Source: Geosiphon pyriformis uo1
Taxonomy: Eukaryota; Fungi; Glomeromycota
Direction: 5' to 3'
Length of the DNA: 64,000 nucleotides
Assembly: GCA_016748015.1 (NCBI GenBank)
Contig: JAAOMT010000439.1
Location: 393,527 to 457,526, forward strand
Shown here: positions 25,087-39,700 of the stretch, one piece after another
How positions within the stretch are numbered: position 1 is the stretch's first letter
Layout of the letters: the number at the start of each line of letters is the position of its first letter
Program-made: the position numbers and the translations under genes
Notes under the pieces: generated by a model
What the model was told of the DNA's origin: nothing
Databases searched by the model: none
The model's input: the letters and a program-made list of their open reading frames with translations, nothing else

Positions 25087-28000
25087 TTCTTTCTTTTATT
25101 CATCTCAAATTCCCAAAAAAGAGCTAAAAATTTTTTTTGAAAGAGATTTTTTCACCATTTAGCATGATAAATCCAAACTATTTTTGCTTGATTACAAAAC
25201 CACCATTGGCCCTAGTATTGCCATTCTGAACAAGTTTATTATGGAGTCTGGTTTTAACATTGGTGTCAAGTCTGCTGAGTCTAGAAAGAAGAGAAAAGGT
25301 GGTGCTTTGGAAGATAATATTAGAAATAGGAAATTTGTTACTGCTAAGGTGTTAAGTGATTATTTTTAGAGTGCTAAGACTGGTGATACCACTGAGTCAG
25401 ATAGTGTGGACATAGAAGAGGAATGTTTGGTTGAGGAAACCAGCTTTGATTACAGAAAAAATAGCATTCTTACTGGAAGGGACTTGGAACAAACACCTAA
25501 AAGCTCAAAAATTCTGATCAAGAGAGTACTAAGAAAACCACTAGAGAAAATTAATTTCTTAGATGATAATAATGATAACATACTGTTGGAAGTCTCATTG
25601 ACACTCTCTCCATCCTTAAAAACTCTGGTTGACATTTCAGTCAGAAAATTGTTTGCTTTGGATATTGGCTTAGACAAGATGTATGAGAAATCTTCTCAAA
25701 AAAAGCTTTCAGTAATCAGAAAATTATTTTCAGGCATCAATGGTTTTGGAGGGACATCTACTCCCTCAAAAATTTCTGGAATTATCTGAGCAACATTTAC
25801 TTCCGAATTGAGTTTGATGAAAGCCACTGAAAAGACTACTGATGCGAAAATCTTAGTAAATTTTAATTTCAAAAATTCCACTGAGTACTTAGATCAGGCT
25901 GTGATATTAAAAGAAATTCCAGTTGAAACATCAGCTGAGACTGTGCATATTGCACTATCCAATTATGGTGTGATAGTGTTGATCAAGATACAATTGGTGG
26001 GTTTGTGGCAAAAAGCTGTAGTCAAATTTGGTAAGATTGATCAGGCTGATTTGGTAGCAGCTTATTGGTCTATTTTGATTGAGAAAAATGCTGTACATGT
26101 GGCCAGGGCTGATAAAGATAAAAAATCATGAGATGCAAGGAATTGTTATAGAGCACTGCTTTATACTTTGCCAATGATAACAAATGCTCACAACATCTGG
26201 GATTTTATTGGTTCCGTAAGTGAGAAAACATGTGTGATCAATTGTCATCCAGTTACGTATGCTCAGGCCAAATGTGCTGTTGTTTGTTTTGATTTAGTTG
26301 AATTCTTGGATGCTATCATAGACACTACTCCAGTTTTGAAAGGCATAAATCTGCACTGGTCTCGCTTGGGTTTTTCTAAATATGTTAAGTGTAAAAAAAT
26401 AGATCACACATTATTGGGCTGTTCTGTGGGTGGGAATATTTTCTCTGGGAGATCTCCTTATAGGATGCTTTTAGACATGGATAAAAGCAGACTGGCTGCC
26501 ATCTATGTTAAACATTCAGCTTTAGTTGCTCATTCTGTCACTTTTGGTGAGGTGTCTTGGGTGAAAATTGCTAGTAGATCTTTGTTTCCTCTTTTCTCTG
26601 TGCATAGTAGTTTAGTTAATTCTGGCTTCTTTTCAAAGATGAAGCCTACTCTATCTGTTATGATTGATATTGAAAAAAAGTTTGCTGTTTTAGAAAGCAG
26701 TCTTACCAGTCTTACAGGACAAATTGATAAGTTGGCTAAGAGATTGGACTCATTCATGCTGGCAGTTTTCCAGCCTAGCCCTAAATGTCAGCTGCCAGTG
26801 ACCCCCCTATCACAGGATTGAGTGGGTGATATAGTAATAGAAGAAAGTTCAAGTAGGACTACAGGTGGTAAAACTGCTGTGAATTTGAAATCTTTTGTCT
26901 CTCTTGAGGTGAAAAGACTAAAAAACATGCTGAAAAAACTTTCTGCTTTAGTTCTGAATCTGACAGCGAGATTTAATGGTTCAATTTTGGCTGATGGTGC
27001 ATTTCCCAAACCTTTTTCTCAATGACCAGTCTAGTATAGAGGATTGCTACATGCAATATTAAAGATATAAACAATTCAGCTAAGCAAGAAAATATTGTGC
27101 ATTGGCATAAAAACATGAACAATCTGGTTTCAATTTTTACAGAAACAAAGTTAAAGGGTAAGATTTGTTCATAAATCATGAATAAGTTTAGTAGTGTCTG
27201 GGTTTTTACTTCTAGTTTGGATTCTGGCCATATGAGTTCTGGTGTTGTGATTATCATGAATGTTTTTTTGGCAAGATACATGAGCAAAGTTTTTGAAATA
27301 CCTGGTTGGCTCCTGTTTGTTAAGTTACTTTTCAAGAATAAACTTTCCATGTTAATTTTGAGACTCTATACTGGTGTTTCTTTAGTGGTTTGGTTCTTTT
27401 AAGCTGACAAAATCAACTTTTTTATTGCAAAAACTGTAAATGAGTCTTCTTTCATTATTCTTAGTAAAGATTTCAATAAGGGTGATTCATGTAAATGTGC
27501 TAGTTTCAAAAAGTGTCTCAATCTGGGACTGGTCAATTTTCTGCTAGATAGCACAGTTATGAAGGATCTCATGTGAGAAAATTCAAGGGGTGTTAAAAAA
27601 ACAATTGATTATGTGTTTGTTTCTCCAAATCTGGTCAATGTAATAATACATTATGATGTTTTAGAAGTTGGCAAACATTTTGATATGGATTACCAGACTG
27701 TTTTAGTGTTCATAGGTTTGGGTGGACTTTTAGATAAATGGTTGAACTCTTTTCACAAGCAGGCAAATAAGAATTGTTGAAAATTTGATGTTAAGTGTAC
27801 AAATGAAAATAAATAGACTGAGTTTAAGAATGCTACATTGGCCAATACTGTAATGTTCCCTGATGAATTTGCTGCTGCTGTTAAGTTCTTAGATTTGGAT
27901 ATCATGTGGGATGTTGTGCACAAAATGATGTGTCTTTTGGCAAATAAAGTTTTTAAGAAAAAATGGTTTATGGGGTATAATAGTGTCTTTACCAAAAAAT

Positions 28001-31000
28001 CTTCTAAGTTCCATAAGCTTGAAGTTTTGGTGTCAAGGATTGTCAAGGCTTCACATGAGGGTGTTAGTGGTGTTTTTAAGTTTTTGATGGGCCATTGGAA
28101 GTCTTTGAATATTGATAAGACTTTGCCTGTTCGGGCTCTATTAGATTCTGGTGTGGATTTTGATCATGTGTGTTTGGTTTTTTTCAAGATGTAAAAATTA
28201 TATCATGTCTCCAAGCTTGCTAAGTCTTTATGGACTGAAAAGTCAAAAATTAGGTCAGTTGTTAATAAACAAATAGAAAATTTTGTGGTTGATAAAGGTT
28301 ACATAATCAGAAGCATGTTGGAGCATCCTTTTCGAAAGATGGTTTTAGACCATCTGATGGTTGAAAATGAACTGATTTTAAAGTCTAATCTGGTTAAAGC
28401 CAAAGTGGATGTTATAATAAAGAGCTGAACTAAGAAGCATAAAGTGGTAGGAGACTTTCCTAATGATTGATCTTGTCAATATTAGCCTTTGAATTATGTT
28501 TTTGATGATGCTTTTTTGAGTATGATGTGTTTGGTTGGTTTTGATGAACTACTTGGTGTGATATCTGATCTACCTGATGGCAAGGCCACTGGTCTTTCTG
28601 GAATCTCAAATAAGCTTTGGAAGCATTGTGACAAATCAGTCATAGATATGTTTTTGATTTTGTTGAATTCTTGTTTGACCCTTAAGTCAGTACTGAATGC
28701 TTGAAAAGAAGTCTGGGTCTCAATAATTCTCAAGCCATATGAGTAAGAGAGAATTTTTATGAATATTCGACCTATTGCTCTAATTGAAACTGCTCACAAA
28801 ATTCTTTCTAAAATTCTCTTGGACAGAATTTTTTTGGTGTACAGCAATTTTGATGTTTTGCAAGGGGACAATTTCTCAGTTTTGAAAGATACAACCATGC
28901 AATCTCTTATTTTTGCCATTGGTTTGGTGGTTGAGGATGTACTAGAAAAGAACTGTGAGCTTTGATTGGTCTTATAGGAGATACAAAAGACCTATAATTC
29001 AGTGGGTTGGAAGCATCTTAGGAGAAGCTTGGTTAGAATAAAAATGTGCAATAAATTCATTAGATTTTTTGGTAACATTCACAATGATTGTGTCAACAGG
29101 ATTATGACAAATTTTGGCTTGATGGATAAATATTGGGTGCACAATAGTTTGAATCAAAGAGAAGTCTTCTCACCTCTTCTCTGGTGTATATTTTATGATC
29201 CTCTTTTGTGTGAAGTCAGAAGACAAAAAAGTATATGTGGATATAGGTTGAACTTTCATTTTATTGCCAGAACTGGTTATGTAGAATTTCAAGCTGGGTT
29301 AACATTCTTTCTTGCTGTTGGTGCTTTTGTTGATGACACAATATGGGTTGGTAACAGTCAGGCTGCTACACAACATATTCTTAATGTTGCTAGTGAGTTT
29401 TTTAGGATCAATGACATTTCTATTAATAACAACAAAACAGTGGCCATTCTTATTAATTGTGGAATAAAGTGTCCTTCTTTATTAATCAATGGGTTATTTA
29501 TCTCCATCACTAAGAAAAAGGAGTCTTATCAATACTTGGGTATCTTTTTGTTTATGGATAGTTTGTCAAAGCCTAGTTTGACTAAGATACATTTGAATGT
29601 CAGGTTTTTTGTTAGTTTTGTGCTGCAGAAAACTATTTCAGATAAGCAGTTTTTATATTTGGTGTTAGCTGTTTTATGTCTTATTGTTAATTACAAAATG
29701 CAATTCAGTTTTGTTCTTATTGGAGTGTGTAAAAAGTGGGATGCCTTGGTTCACAAGATGTTGAAATTGAAATTTGGTCTGCCTTTCAACTTTTTTAGTA
29801 ATGTATTTTACCACCCTTTTTTGTATGGTTTGAAGCCTTTTGAGCAAGTCCAAGCTGAAAGCAAGGTAGCTTCTGTTGTGTGTTTTGCAAACTCTGTTGA
29901 GATTTTGGGATGTTTGTTTTTACACAGATTTCTTGACTTGCAAGCTCTGAGTTGGTGCCCACTTTATCCTTTGAGTTCTTCAGTTTGCATTAGGGTCAGT
30001 CTTTCTAATAATTTTTTGACAGGTGTGGTTTGTATTTTTCTCAGCTACAACTTATTGTTAAGTGGTCTGATGGTCAGTTTTTTCTGCTTTTAGGATAAAA
30101 CTCCTATGTCAACTTTTCTTGGCAAGTCTAAATTTTTTTGATTTCTTTTTTCACTTTGCCACTATAGCATAGCCTTTGTGGAGCAGCTTCATAGTTAGAA
30201 GAACACTGTTTTTAATTGAAAGACCTTCAAGCATTGGAAGAGGCTGGACCCATGTGGCCCTGTTCCTAACTGGTTTAGGCTTTCTGTTAACTTCCTTGGT
30301 GGCATAGCTTTTCCTTCTGCCAGTCTTTCTTCTTTGGGAGGTTATGGATTTTCAAGTATTCTGAAATCTAATGAGTTCAGGCTTGTTTGTGAACAGTTGT
30401 TGGATGTTGTGGCTAACACTCTATCTGTATATATGGATGGATTTTTAAGAAACTTGGGCAGTGCTGACATGAGTGCTAGCACAGCAGTTTTTTTTGAGAA
30501 TGTGAACTTGGATTTGGGGGTTAGGGCTTTTGATCTGTTGTCTTTTACTTTAGTGAAGTTGCAGACTATTGCCTTAGCTCTTAAGTGTGTTCTTTTTTTC
30601 AGTTTGGTTTGCCTTTACACAGACAGTCAGACTGCTTTGGATGTGTGCAAATTGGAATTGAGTTTGGTGCATCCGGATTTTTGGAATTGGTGTTGAGTTG
30701 AACATCAGCACATTGTGAACATTATTAAGAAGAAGAATTTAAATATTAGTTAGTGTAAGGTTAAGAGTCATTTAGGTGTTTTGGGTAATGAACATACAGA
30801 CACTCTCACTGATATGGCTTTTCTTTCCTTCTGGTGTCTTCCTCCTAACATGGAGAAATGTTGCATATTAGCAGAGGGTGTTGTTGTTTCTGGAAATTCT
30901 AGACATTTTGTTTGTGAAATTTTTTATTCTATGCATTATGCACATTGAGAGCTTGGTTCTGGATCCAGAGTTTTGAATAGTAGTCTGCTTTCAGATATGG

Positions 31001-31813
31001 ACTGGCCTAGCTCGTCATTGGTGTAGTATTCTAACTCATACATAACTGTTAGCACTCATACGTACTTTATAAAAGCTTTATATTATTGATTATCAGTTGT
31101 TGTTCAGAAGTGTCTATATGACAAGCATTACTCCGGTGTGTTGTGTCTGTATTGTAGAGAAGTTGAGATTTCAGATTATGTTTTTTTTGCATGTTTAATG
31201 ATTTGGCTTATTATTATTTATTAAATAACCATGTAGCTATTTAGTGTGCACTTTCTGGTTTTTCTATCTTCTCTTCATGTGTATCTTATTTATTGTCTTC
31301 TTGTGCTTTAAATGTTGCAGTGTGTACAGCTCTTTGCAAGGGCTTTGTTTTTAAAAATTGGCTTCATGAGGCTGCATTAGTTTTCAAAGATTCCAAAGTT
31401 GTGGGTTAAAAGATTGTAAACTTTGTGGATAACTTTTGTCTTGCTTTTAGGGAAAAGATTTGGTTGGTTCATACCAAGTATTGTGCTTTCATGGAAAAGA
31501 ATGGGCTGATATCATTTGATGAATTGATTCCAGGATTAGTTTTAGGGCTATTCTTGTCATTTTTTGCTGATATGGTTAGACTGTTGAGTATTGATGAGAC
31601 GTTTGGTATAGGGTTTAGGTTTCATAAGTCTTATTTGTTTTTTTCAGATATTGGGAAGTCTGTTTCTGTTTATATAGGTGCTGAATGTTGTTCTAATCAG
31701 CTTGAGTGGCTGGTTGCATGTAAAAAATGCATGATTCACATCTAGTTTAGATCAATTATTTAATGTATTGTACTAGGCAGTGTTTGAATTTCATTCATTA
31801 AATAAGAAAAAAA
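25087..31813 (+). mobile_element. Full-length (~6.7 kb) decayed LINE: ORF1 (RRM-like x2, Zn knuckle, coiled coil) and ORF2 (APE-RT-RNase H-CCHC)
   Basis: ORF1 VILKEIPVETS...LWQKAVVKF and KYVKCKKIDHTLLGC. ORF2 IATCNIK, TETKL, TIDY, RPIALIE, AFVDDT and VYMDG. Poly(A) at ~31807. Possible ~15-bp TSD AATTTAAAAAAACT / AATTTTAAAACAACT. Confidence 0.93.
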
Positions 31814-32074
31814 AATTTTAAAACAACTAATCTTTTTAAAATATTAAAAAAAGTTATTTTTTTGGTATTTATATTAATTTTGTTGTAATTATATTAATTA
31901 TAATATTTAATTAGAATTTAACTAAAAAGAACTGTATTTTTATTTAAATAATAGTATTATTAATAAATTACTAAAACTAATTTTAATTAATATATAATTA
32001 AGTTACTTAATATATTAAATTAATTAATTATTATTAGTTTTAAAAACAAAACAAATTATATTTTTACATATAAT

Positions 32075-33238
32075 TTTTTTTTTATTCATTTAACAAGTAA
32101 GACTCAAATACTGTCTAGTACAATACATTAATAAATTGATCTAAATTAAGTGTAAATCATGCATTTTCTATATATGACCAGTTACTTAAGCTGATCAAGA
32201 CAATACTAAGCACTTATGTAAACAGAAACAGAGTTTCTAATATCCAAAAAAAATAAATGAGATTTACAAAAACCAAAACCAATACCAAATGCCTTATTAA
32301 TTCCTAGTAGTTTAATTCTATCAACAGAAAACATTAAAAACAGCCTAGAAACTGAACTCATAATTAACTCATTACATAATATCAGCTTATTTTTTTTCAT
32401 AAAAGCACAATGTTTAGCATAGACCAATCAAATCTCCTTCCTAAAAGCAAAACAAAAGTCATACACAAAGTCTACAACCTTCTGATCTACAATCTTAGAA
32501 CTTTTGAAAACAAATATAGTCTCCCAAAGCCAATCTTTAAAGACAAAGCCTTTGCAAAAAGCTGTACAAACTGCAGCATTCAAAGCACAAAAAGACAATA
32601 ACTGTAACATGTATAAAAAAAAAGGGAAAGACCAGAAAACATATACCAAACAGCTGCATAAACATCTAACAATTGATAATGAAAAGAAACATTAACCACA
32701 CAAGAAAAAACATGGTCAGAAATCTCAACATTGTTACAATACAAACATAACACATTAGAGTATTATTTGTTATATAGATATTTCTGAACTACAACTAGCA
32801 ATCAATGATACAAAGCTTTTATAAAGTACATGCAAGTGCCAGTTGTAATCTTACTAATAAAACCAACAGCCATGTGTGAGTTGGAATGTCATACCAAGAA
32901 TAAGCTAAGCCAATTAATATTTGAGAGCAAACTATTATTTAATATTTCAAACTCAGAACCAACTTTTCAGCATACACAATAAATAGACTGAAAGACATTA
33001 TGAACAAAATATCTAGAATTACCAAAGACAAAACTACTCTTAACCAAAACACAATGTTCCTTCAAATTGGGAAGAAGGCACCAAGGGAAAAGAAAAGTAT
33101 TATTAACAAGTGTATTAATATATTTGTTATCAAAGACATCTAAATAACTTTTAATTTTGTATCAGCTAATATTTAAATTTTTTTTTCTAATAATATTCAA
33201 GATGTACTGATGTTTAACCCAACACTAATTCTGAAACA
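32075..33238 (-). mobile_element. LINE 3' fragment (5'-truncated), tail-to-tail with the preceding copy
   Basis: Reverse-complement similarity to ~30680-31810, including AAVCTAFCKGFVFKDWL. Poly(T) on the plus strand at 32075. Confidence 0.9.
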
Positions 33239-33586
33239 TATAATTTTAAATAAAAATTAAATAAATTTTTTTTTATTGTTTTTAAAAATATTGTTTTTGA
33301 TAATATTTAAAAAACTTTTACAAATTATTAAATATTTTTTAGATAAATAATTTTTATTTTAATGTTTAATAAAATTATAAAAATTAAATTAAATTAAATT
33401 ATATTATATTTAATTTTTATATAATTTAAAATTGATTACTAAAAATAATATTTAGTTTTTTGTATAAAATTTGTATTTTAAGTTTTTTTAAATATTATTA
33501 TTCAAATTAAATTTGTTAAATTATATGTATTTTTGAATACTGTTTTGGTTTGTTAATTAATTTTTAAAAAAACTGTATTATAATTC

Positions 33587-33770
33587 TTTTTTTTATTTTT
33601 TTTATTATATTTAATGAGTGAAATCCAAATACTACTTAGTATAATATATTAAATTAAGTAATTTAAACTAGATATAAATTATACATTTAACTATATATAA
33701 TTAGATACTTAAACTAATACTATGTATCTATATTTCTAATATTTAAAAAAAATAAACATAATTTGTGCAT
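33587..33770 (-). mobile_element. Short, heavily decayed LINE 3'-end fragment
   Basis: Poly(T) followed by TTTAATGAGTGAAATCCAAATACTAC..., which matches the LINE 3' UTR. Confidence 0.7.
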
Positions 33771-33771
33771 A

Positions 33772-36700
33772 TTTTTTTATTAACATTTAATAAGTGTAGT
33801 CTAATCACTATCTAGTATATAAAGTCAAAACTATGAATTCTAGCTAGATGCAATTCATATATTTATCATATGTGACCAGTCACTTAGACCAATCAAAGCA
33901 ACACTAAGTCTTTATATAAACAGTAGCTCTATTACCTAAGCCAAAAAAAAACAGATAAGGTTTATGAAAACCAAAACTAATTCCAAATGAATCATCAATA
34001 CCAATTAACCTAACCACATCATTTAATAGAACTGGCAATAAACCAATAGATACCACAGGCATCATCTTTAAATTACCAACTAAATTATCCCTTTCTATAT
34101 TTACCCTAAACCTAAACCTAAAACCCCACAATTCAGAACAGTACAAAACATCCAAATCATACACAAAATCAACCAAGATCTGAGTAGCCTCTTTATGATT
34201 ATTAAAAATTTGCATTATCTCCTCAAACCACTCTGCAAGCACAAAGTCTTTACAGAAAAGAGCATACAAACTGACATCAGATAAACATGAGAGAAGAGAT
34301 TCCACAACTACAGAAGAGACAAGAAAATAAAAACCAGCCAGAGATTTCCAACAAGAAATACACTTAAACAAAATCACTTTGTGAAAGTCAGACTCTTTGC
34401 AGCATGTAAACACATGGTCAGAAAACTCAACCTTACTATAATGCAAACATAAAACACCAGAATAATGTTTGTTATAAAGCCTTTTCCTAATAACAATAGG
34501 CAGCTTTCCATAGACAGTTTTCATAAAATAAGTACACAAGCCAGCAGAAGCTTTACTCATAGACCCTACAACATATGCAAATCAGGATGCCAAACAGCTG
34601 CAGTATGGACTCAATCAATATTATAAACTGAAAAACCACCTAAAACTCTAGAACCAGAACCAATTTCTTAACACACCCAATTTACCAACCTAAAAATGTC
34701 CTAAACAAAATAACAAACATTACCAGAAACCAGCAGACCATTAGCCACAATAAAGCATTCATATGCATTAGTTGGCAACAGCAAAGATGAGTAAGCAGCT
34801 TCCCTTGCTAAAGCATTTGTGCAGACATTATCCAAAACCCCTAAGTGGACTTTGATCTTTGACCAGACCACAGAAATGTTTTTATTAACAATCAAATTTG
34901 CAATATGTTTTCTCTTCATTCAATAACAATTATAAAAATCAGGACCAGACAACCTCAATTCTAAGACATATGCATTCAAAGCAGTCTGACTGTTCAAACA
35001 TATTACCACTGAACAAAAAAAAAGCACACATTCCAGAGCCAAAGCAACAGTCTGTAATTCAGTCATTATAGAAGACAAACACTTAACTACTCGAATTCCA
35101 ATACCCAAATCAATCTTAAGAAAAAATGCAGCAGCACTTCCAACCACATCAACAGAACCAAGCCCTTTTAAAGAACCATCCATATATACAGTAAAAATGT
35201 TTAACCAGATTTTAAGAAAGCCATCTTTAATATCAAAAAACTGACCAAATAACAAAATACTATTAACATCTAACACAGAATTTTTGTTAGAAAATACAGA
35301 TGTAAGTACAGCATCATGCAAAAATTTTGACACTATGACAAACCAAAAGAGCATAAGTCTCTTAGGGTTCAATCACTTCTAACATCAGAATGTCTTCCAA
35401 TCCAAAATTTTGCCATGTTTGTCTAAAAGTTTGTCACAGAAAGTTACACCAAAACTCTTTAAAGAACTAACACAATTATAATACAATAATGGCCTTAAGA
35501 CTTTTAAAACAGAAAACCTGTCAAGACAATAAAAAGCACAAGGCAGATTATTAGTCATAAAAAGACCATTGTCTAAAAAAACATGCACAATTACAGCCAA
35601 AAAATTGTTTGAAGGACTAATACACAACCACACAGGATATTGTAAAGAGTTTAGAGGAGCCCAGTCCAAAATTTGCAAATTCAGAAATCTGTGCTCAAAA
35701 AACCAACTGAGAATCTCAAAAGCATTAGCAAAAATAACAACTGATACTGACTTCCCTTCAGCCTAAATCTGTTCAAATTTTTTTAGATTATACAACACAG
35801 GATGATACAGCACTTTGCTTAAAAAATCACATGGCAGCCCAGCTTTAGACTTAAAATTTTTTCTAACCAAAGCATCCCAATGCCAGCAAACAGCAAAAGA
35901 GATAAAACTAAACTGAATACAGTAGCCAACAATAGACTACAGAACTGCCAAGACCAAATACAAAAACTGTTTATTTAAAATTGTCTTTCTTAACACCATA
36001 TTGGAAAAAAACTTAACATCAGACTAAGTCTTAGCCAAACTGGGTTTGGACAAATCATCTGTAGACAAAAAAATATTTAAGTATTTGTAAGATACACCAC
36101 ACTTAGCAATTGAAATAGTGGACTCACTAATCCTGAAAGCAGCATTTTTAACTCTCCTATTAATAAAAATGGCAACCATTTTGTCATTGTTGATTGAAAT
36201 ATTATTAATCAAAAAAAACTTACTGACAATATTTAATATAAACTGTATAGTAAATTGGCTATTTCTAATTCAAATAATATCATCCACAAAAGTCCCAGCT
36301 GTAAAAAAAGAGGTCATGCCACTCATGTTATTAATCCTTTTTATTTTAGCCACAAACTTGGTATCAAACTGGTAACCACACACACTTTTCTGTTTTTTGA
36401 CTTTGCACAAAAGAAGGTCATAAAAAATTTGCCAAAGAAGAAGGGAAAACACTTTACCCTAATTAAGACTATCAAAAACCCAATATTCATTTGAAAGACC
36501 AAAATCTGTCATGACTTTGTTTGATTTATTCTCATGAATCCCACCAAAAAACTCAATGAATCTCTTACATATTTTGATACACTACAAACTAGCTTTCAAA
36601 TAATGTCACCCAATTAAATCATATGCCTTGTGCATATTCTGCAAAACCAACCAAATCTCCCTGCCCTTTTCCAAAGCATCTTCAACTACTAAACTGACTG

Positions 36701-39700
36701 CAAAAATAGGAAACTGCATTAAAGTATCCTTCAAAACTAAGAAGTTATCTCTATGGAGAATGCTGAATTTACAGCAGACAGAAGAGATCCAATCTGAAAG
36801 AATTTTAAAAAAAACCTTACCTAAACTTGAACAAGCAACTAAAAATGTCTATACTGCTGGTGTTATTATTTAATATGTTCTGAACTTTAAGAGCTTTAAC
36901 TTTATTAGCAATTAACCAAGCATTAATCAGCAAGATAGTTCTAAAGAAGTCATCAGATTGAAAAAATTTAATTACTTTGGCAACCAGCAGTTCCAACTTA
37001 AAAAACTTAAAAGAATGTTTGTTGAAAAAACAATTGACATCACAAAATTAATGTTTAGAAAAAACCTCATCAGCCAAATTCACCATTATCTTCTCCAACA
37101 AATTTCACATAGTCTTAAGATTCCCATCAGTATTTGCAAATAAAAACTTACTTAATACAGAAGAGAACTTGACAGAAACACACTCTTTAAAATGAGTTCA
37201 TTTGGGGACATCTGTATTAGCAATCTTAAACTTTCAACAATCTCTGTTAACTTGTTTGTACAAACTATTTAAACAAAAATCTAAAAGTCCATCCAAACCA
37301 ACTGACACCATAACAGCCTTGTGATTAGTATCAAAAAAATCAGAAACAGAAGCAACCTCATGACTAGTAATTGCTAATAATAGATACTTACTAACAAAAA
37401 TGTAGTTAATAACTTTTTTGACTCCTTTCAAATTGCTTTATGTTGAAGTCTTGGCCAATTAATGATCTCTAAATGCATTAACCAACCTTAGATCTAAACA
37501 AAATTGAAAACTTGCACTCTTCTTAGAACTATTCTCATTAAAATCTTCACCCAAGACCACAAAAGTATTAGTATTAACTGTTTTTGCAATAAAAAAATTA
37601 ATCTCAAATGTCTGACCAAACTTAGTTTTAGTAGAAGCACTAGCATACAAGCCTAAAACTATGACTAAAAGCTTGCTCTTAAAAAGAAGTTGAACAGAAA
37701 TAACATGACCAGGCACCTCCTCAATCTTGAAGATATGTTGAGCTAAGGAATTGTTCATAATAATTGTCACTTCAACACCAAGAAAACCCTTATTCAAACC
37801 AGATGTAAACATCTATATATCATCAAATTTGTTCATAATCCAAGGCCTAATATTAGATCTCAATTTCATTTCTGTGATTATAGAAATCATATTACCAAAG
37901 TCTATGTACTACCACACAATATTATCTTGCTTAGCTGGCACATTGATGCCACAAACATTGCATGTAGCAATTTTCTATATCAAATTATTTATAAGAAAAA
38001 AGAAGATACTTAAGAATCCAACTCAGCACACAACTGATCTAACTTCACCAATATTGAACTAACAAAGGCATCAAAAGCCATTAACTTAGATTCTAAAAAG
38101 CCTACCTTAGTAGTTAACACTTTTAAACTACTTAGACCAAGAACTGAAACATCAAAAACAATGAAGAAAGGAGACAGAAACACTAGCTTGAGGTCATTCA
38201 AAATCATTGTTAAACCCAAATCTGAATTGGCAGTCATTGAGGTAGTCAAAACTGGGAAAGAAAAAAGAAAAGCCTAAAACATCAATTCCAAATTGCTGAG
38301 CTTAAGCATAATGCCGGAAACTTGATCGATTAGAAGTTTCAAAAAACATTTCACGGAAGCCAAATAAGCACTTAAAAAGGAGATATTAGCAAAAGTGGAA
38401 GGAAGAATACCACCTGAACTTAAGACACCAAGAGGAGGGGAACTAAGACTAGATTCAAAGTAAGTACCACCAGAAAAATCAGCAAGCAAGACCACTTGGG
38501 CCTAAGATTTGCCACTGAAGACAATAGAACAAGAGATTAGAACATTTTTTTTCTTATACAACTTGGTGAACTGAAAGCAAACATTCTTAAAAGCAATCTT
38601 TTTATATAATTTCTTTGATGATGGCAGCACAGAAACATTTGATACATCACATTCAAAAGCTGAATGTCTAAAATGCTCATATTTCTCACAATAAACCAAA
38701 TCCATCTTAGCTCATAAGAGTTTTACTCCATCAAAGATAGGCTCTGTGCAAAAGGCAGATTCCAGATTATCATTAAAGTCAAAACCAATCACAGCATAAT
38801 GAATCTTATTACCAGTTTCCATAAATCTATTTATAATGCAAGTTTTCTCACCAGCTTCTTCCAAAAGAGTTTCAAGATCATGTGCTGTTGTACCTACTGG
38901 CAAAGTAAACAAAAGTGCTCTAAACTAATCTCTAGATGCCCAAATCTCATAATCTCTCACAGCTTTGACTACACACACAAAATTTTTTCCAATTAAGAAT
39001 GACCATTTTGAGGCCAACAGATTAGCTTGATCTAATTCAACAAACTCCACCACAGTTTTTTGCCACATTCCAATCAATTGAATTTTGATTAACTTAATTT
39101 CTTCAAATTCGGATACTGTGGTAATGATCATATCTTTAGACATATTCATGGGAATTTTTTTAATAATTACAGCCTGATCTAATCTTATTTCTTGTCTTTT
39201 AAGATTGCTGTTTACATTGATTCCTTTTTCTTTGGCCAATGATATGACTATTTCCATGCTTTTTTTGAAGTAAAGATAGAATGGATGATCTCTTTAAATT
39301 TTGAGAGAATAGTGGCTCCTCCAAAACCATTGACTAATGAAAATAATTTTCTGATAATTTGGGTTTTAGCTATGGCAAATTGCTTTCTATTGCCAAAAGA
39401 TTAATATCCAAAGTAAATGATTTTTTGACTGGCATTTTAATTGAAGACTTGATGATTTTTGGGTTGACCTACTTTTTGTCTAAAGAGATGGGCAAACAAG
39501 GAAGAAAAACAACTTTATTATTAACCATATCAAAATTGGAAAGCCCAAATAGGGAACCAAAGACAGTACCAGTATCAACACACTTTACCTTGGAAGTAGT
39601 AGCAGCTGAACCTAAAAAAAATTCATTATTTATACCAAACATGTTAATATTTTTATCATCACCAGACAGACTATCTACATTAAAATACATACTATTACCA

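Noticed and set aside
31680-31805. Hammerhead ribozyme or tRNA in the LINE 3' UTR
   Set aside because: No CUGANGA/GAAA core and no TTC T-loop. Only generic hairpins are supported.
25087-31813. Frequent in-frame TGA at Trp positions, suggesting a Mycoplasma-type code or endobacterial DNA
   Set aside because: TAG and TAA also replace TGG, CAA and CAG codons, the sequences are eukaryotic retroelements, and the neighbouring genes are spliced. G->A/C->T decay explains the pattern.
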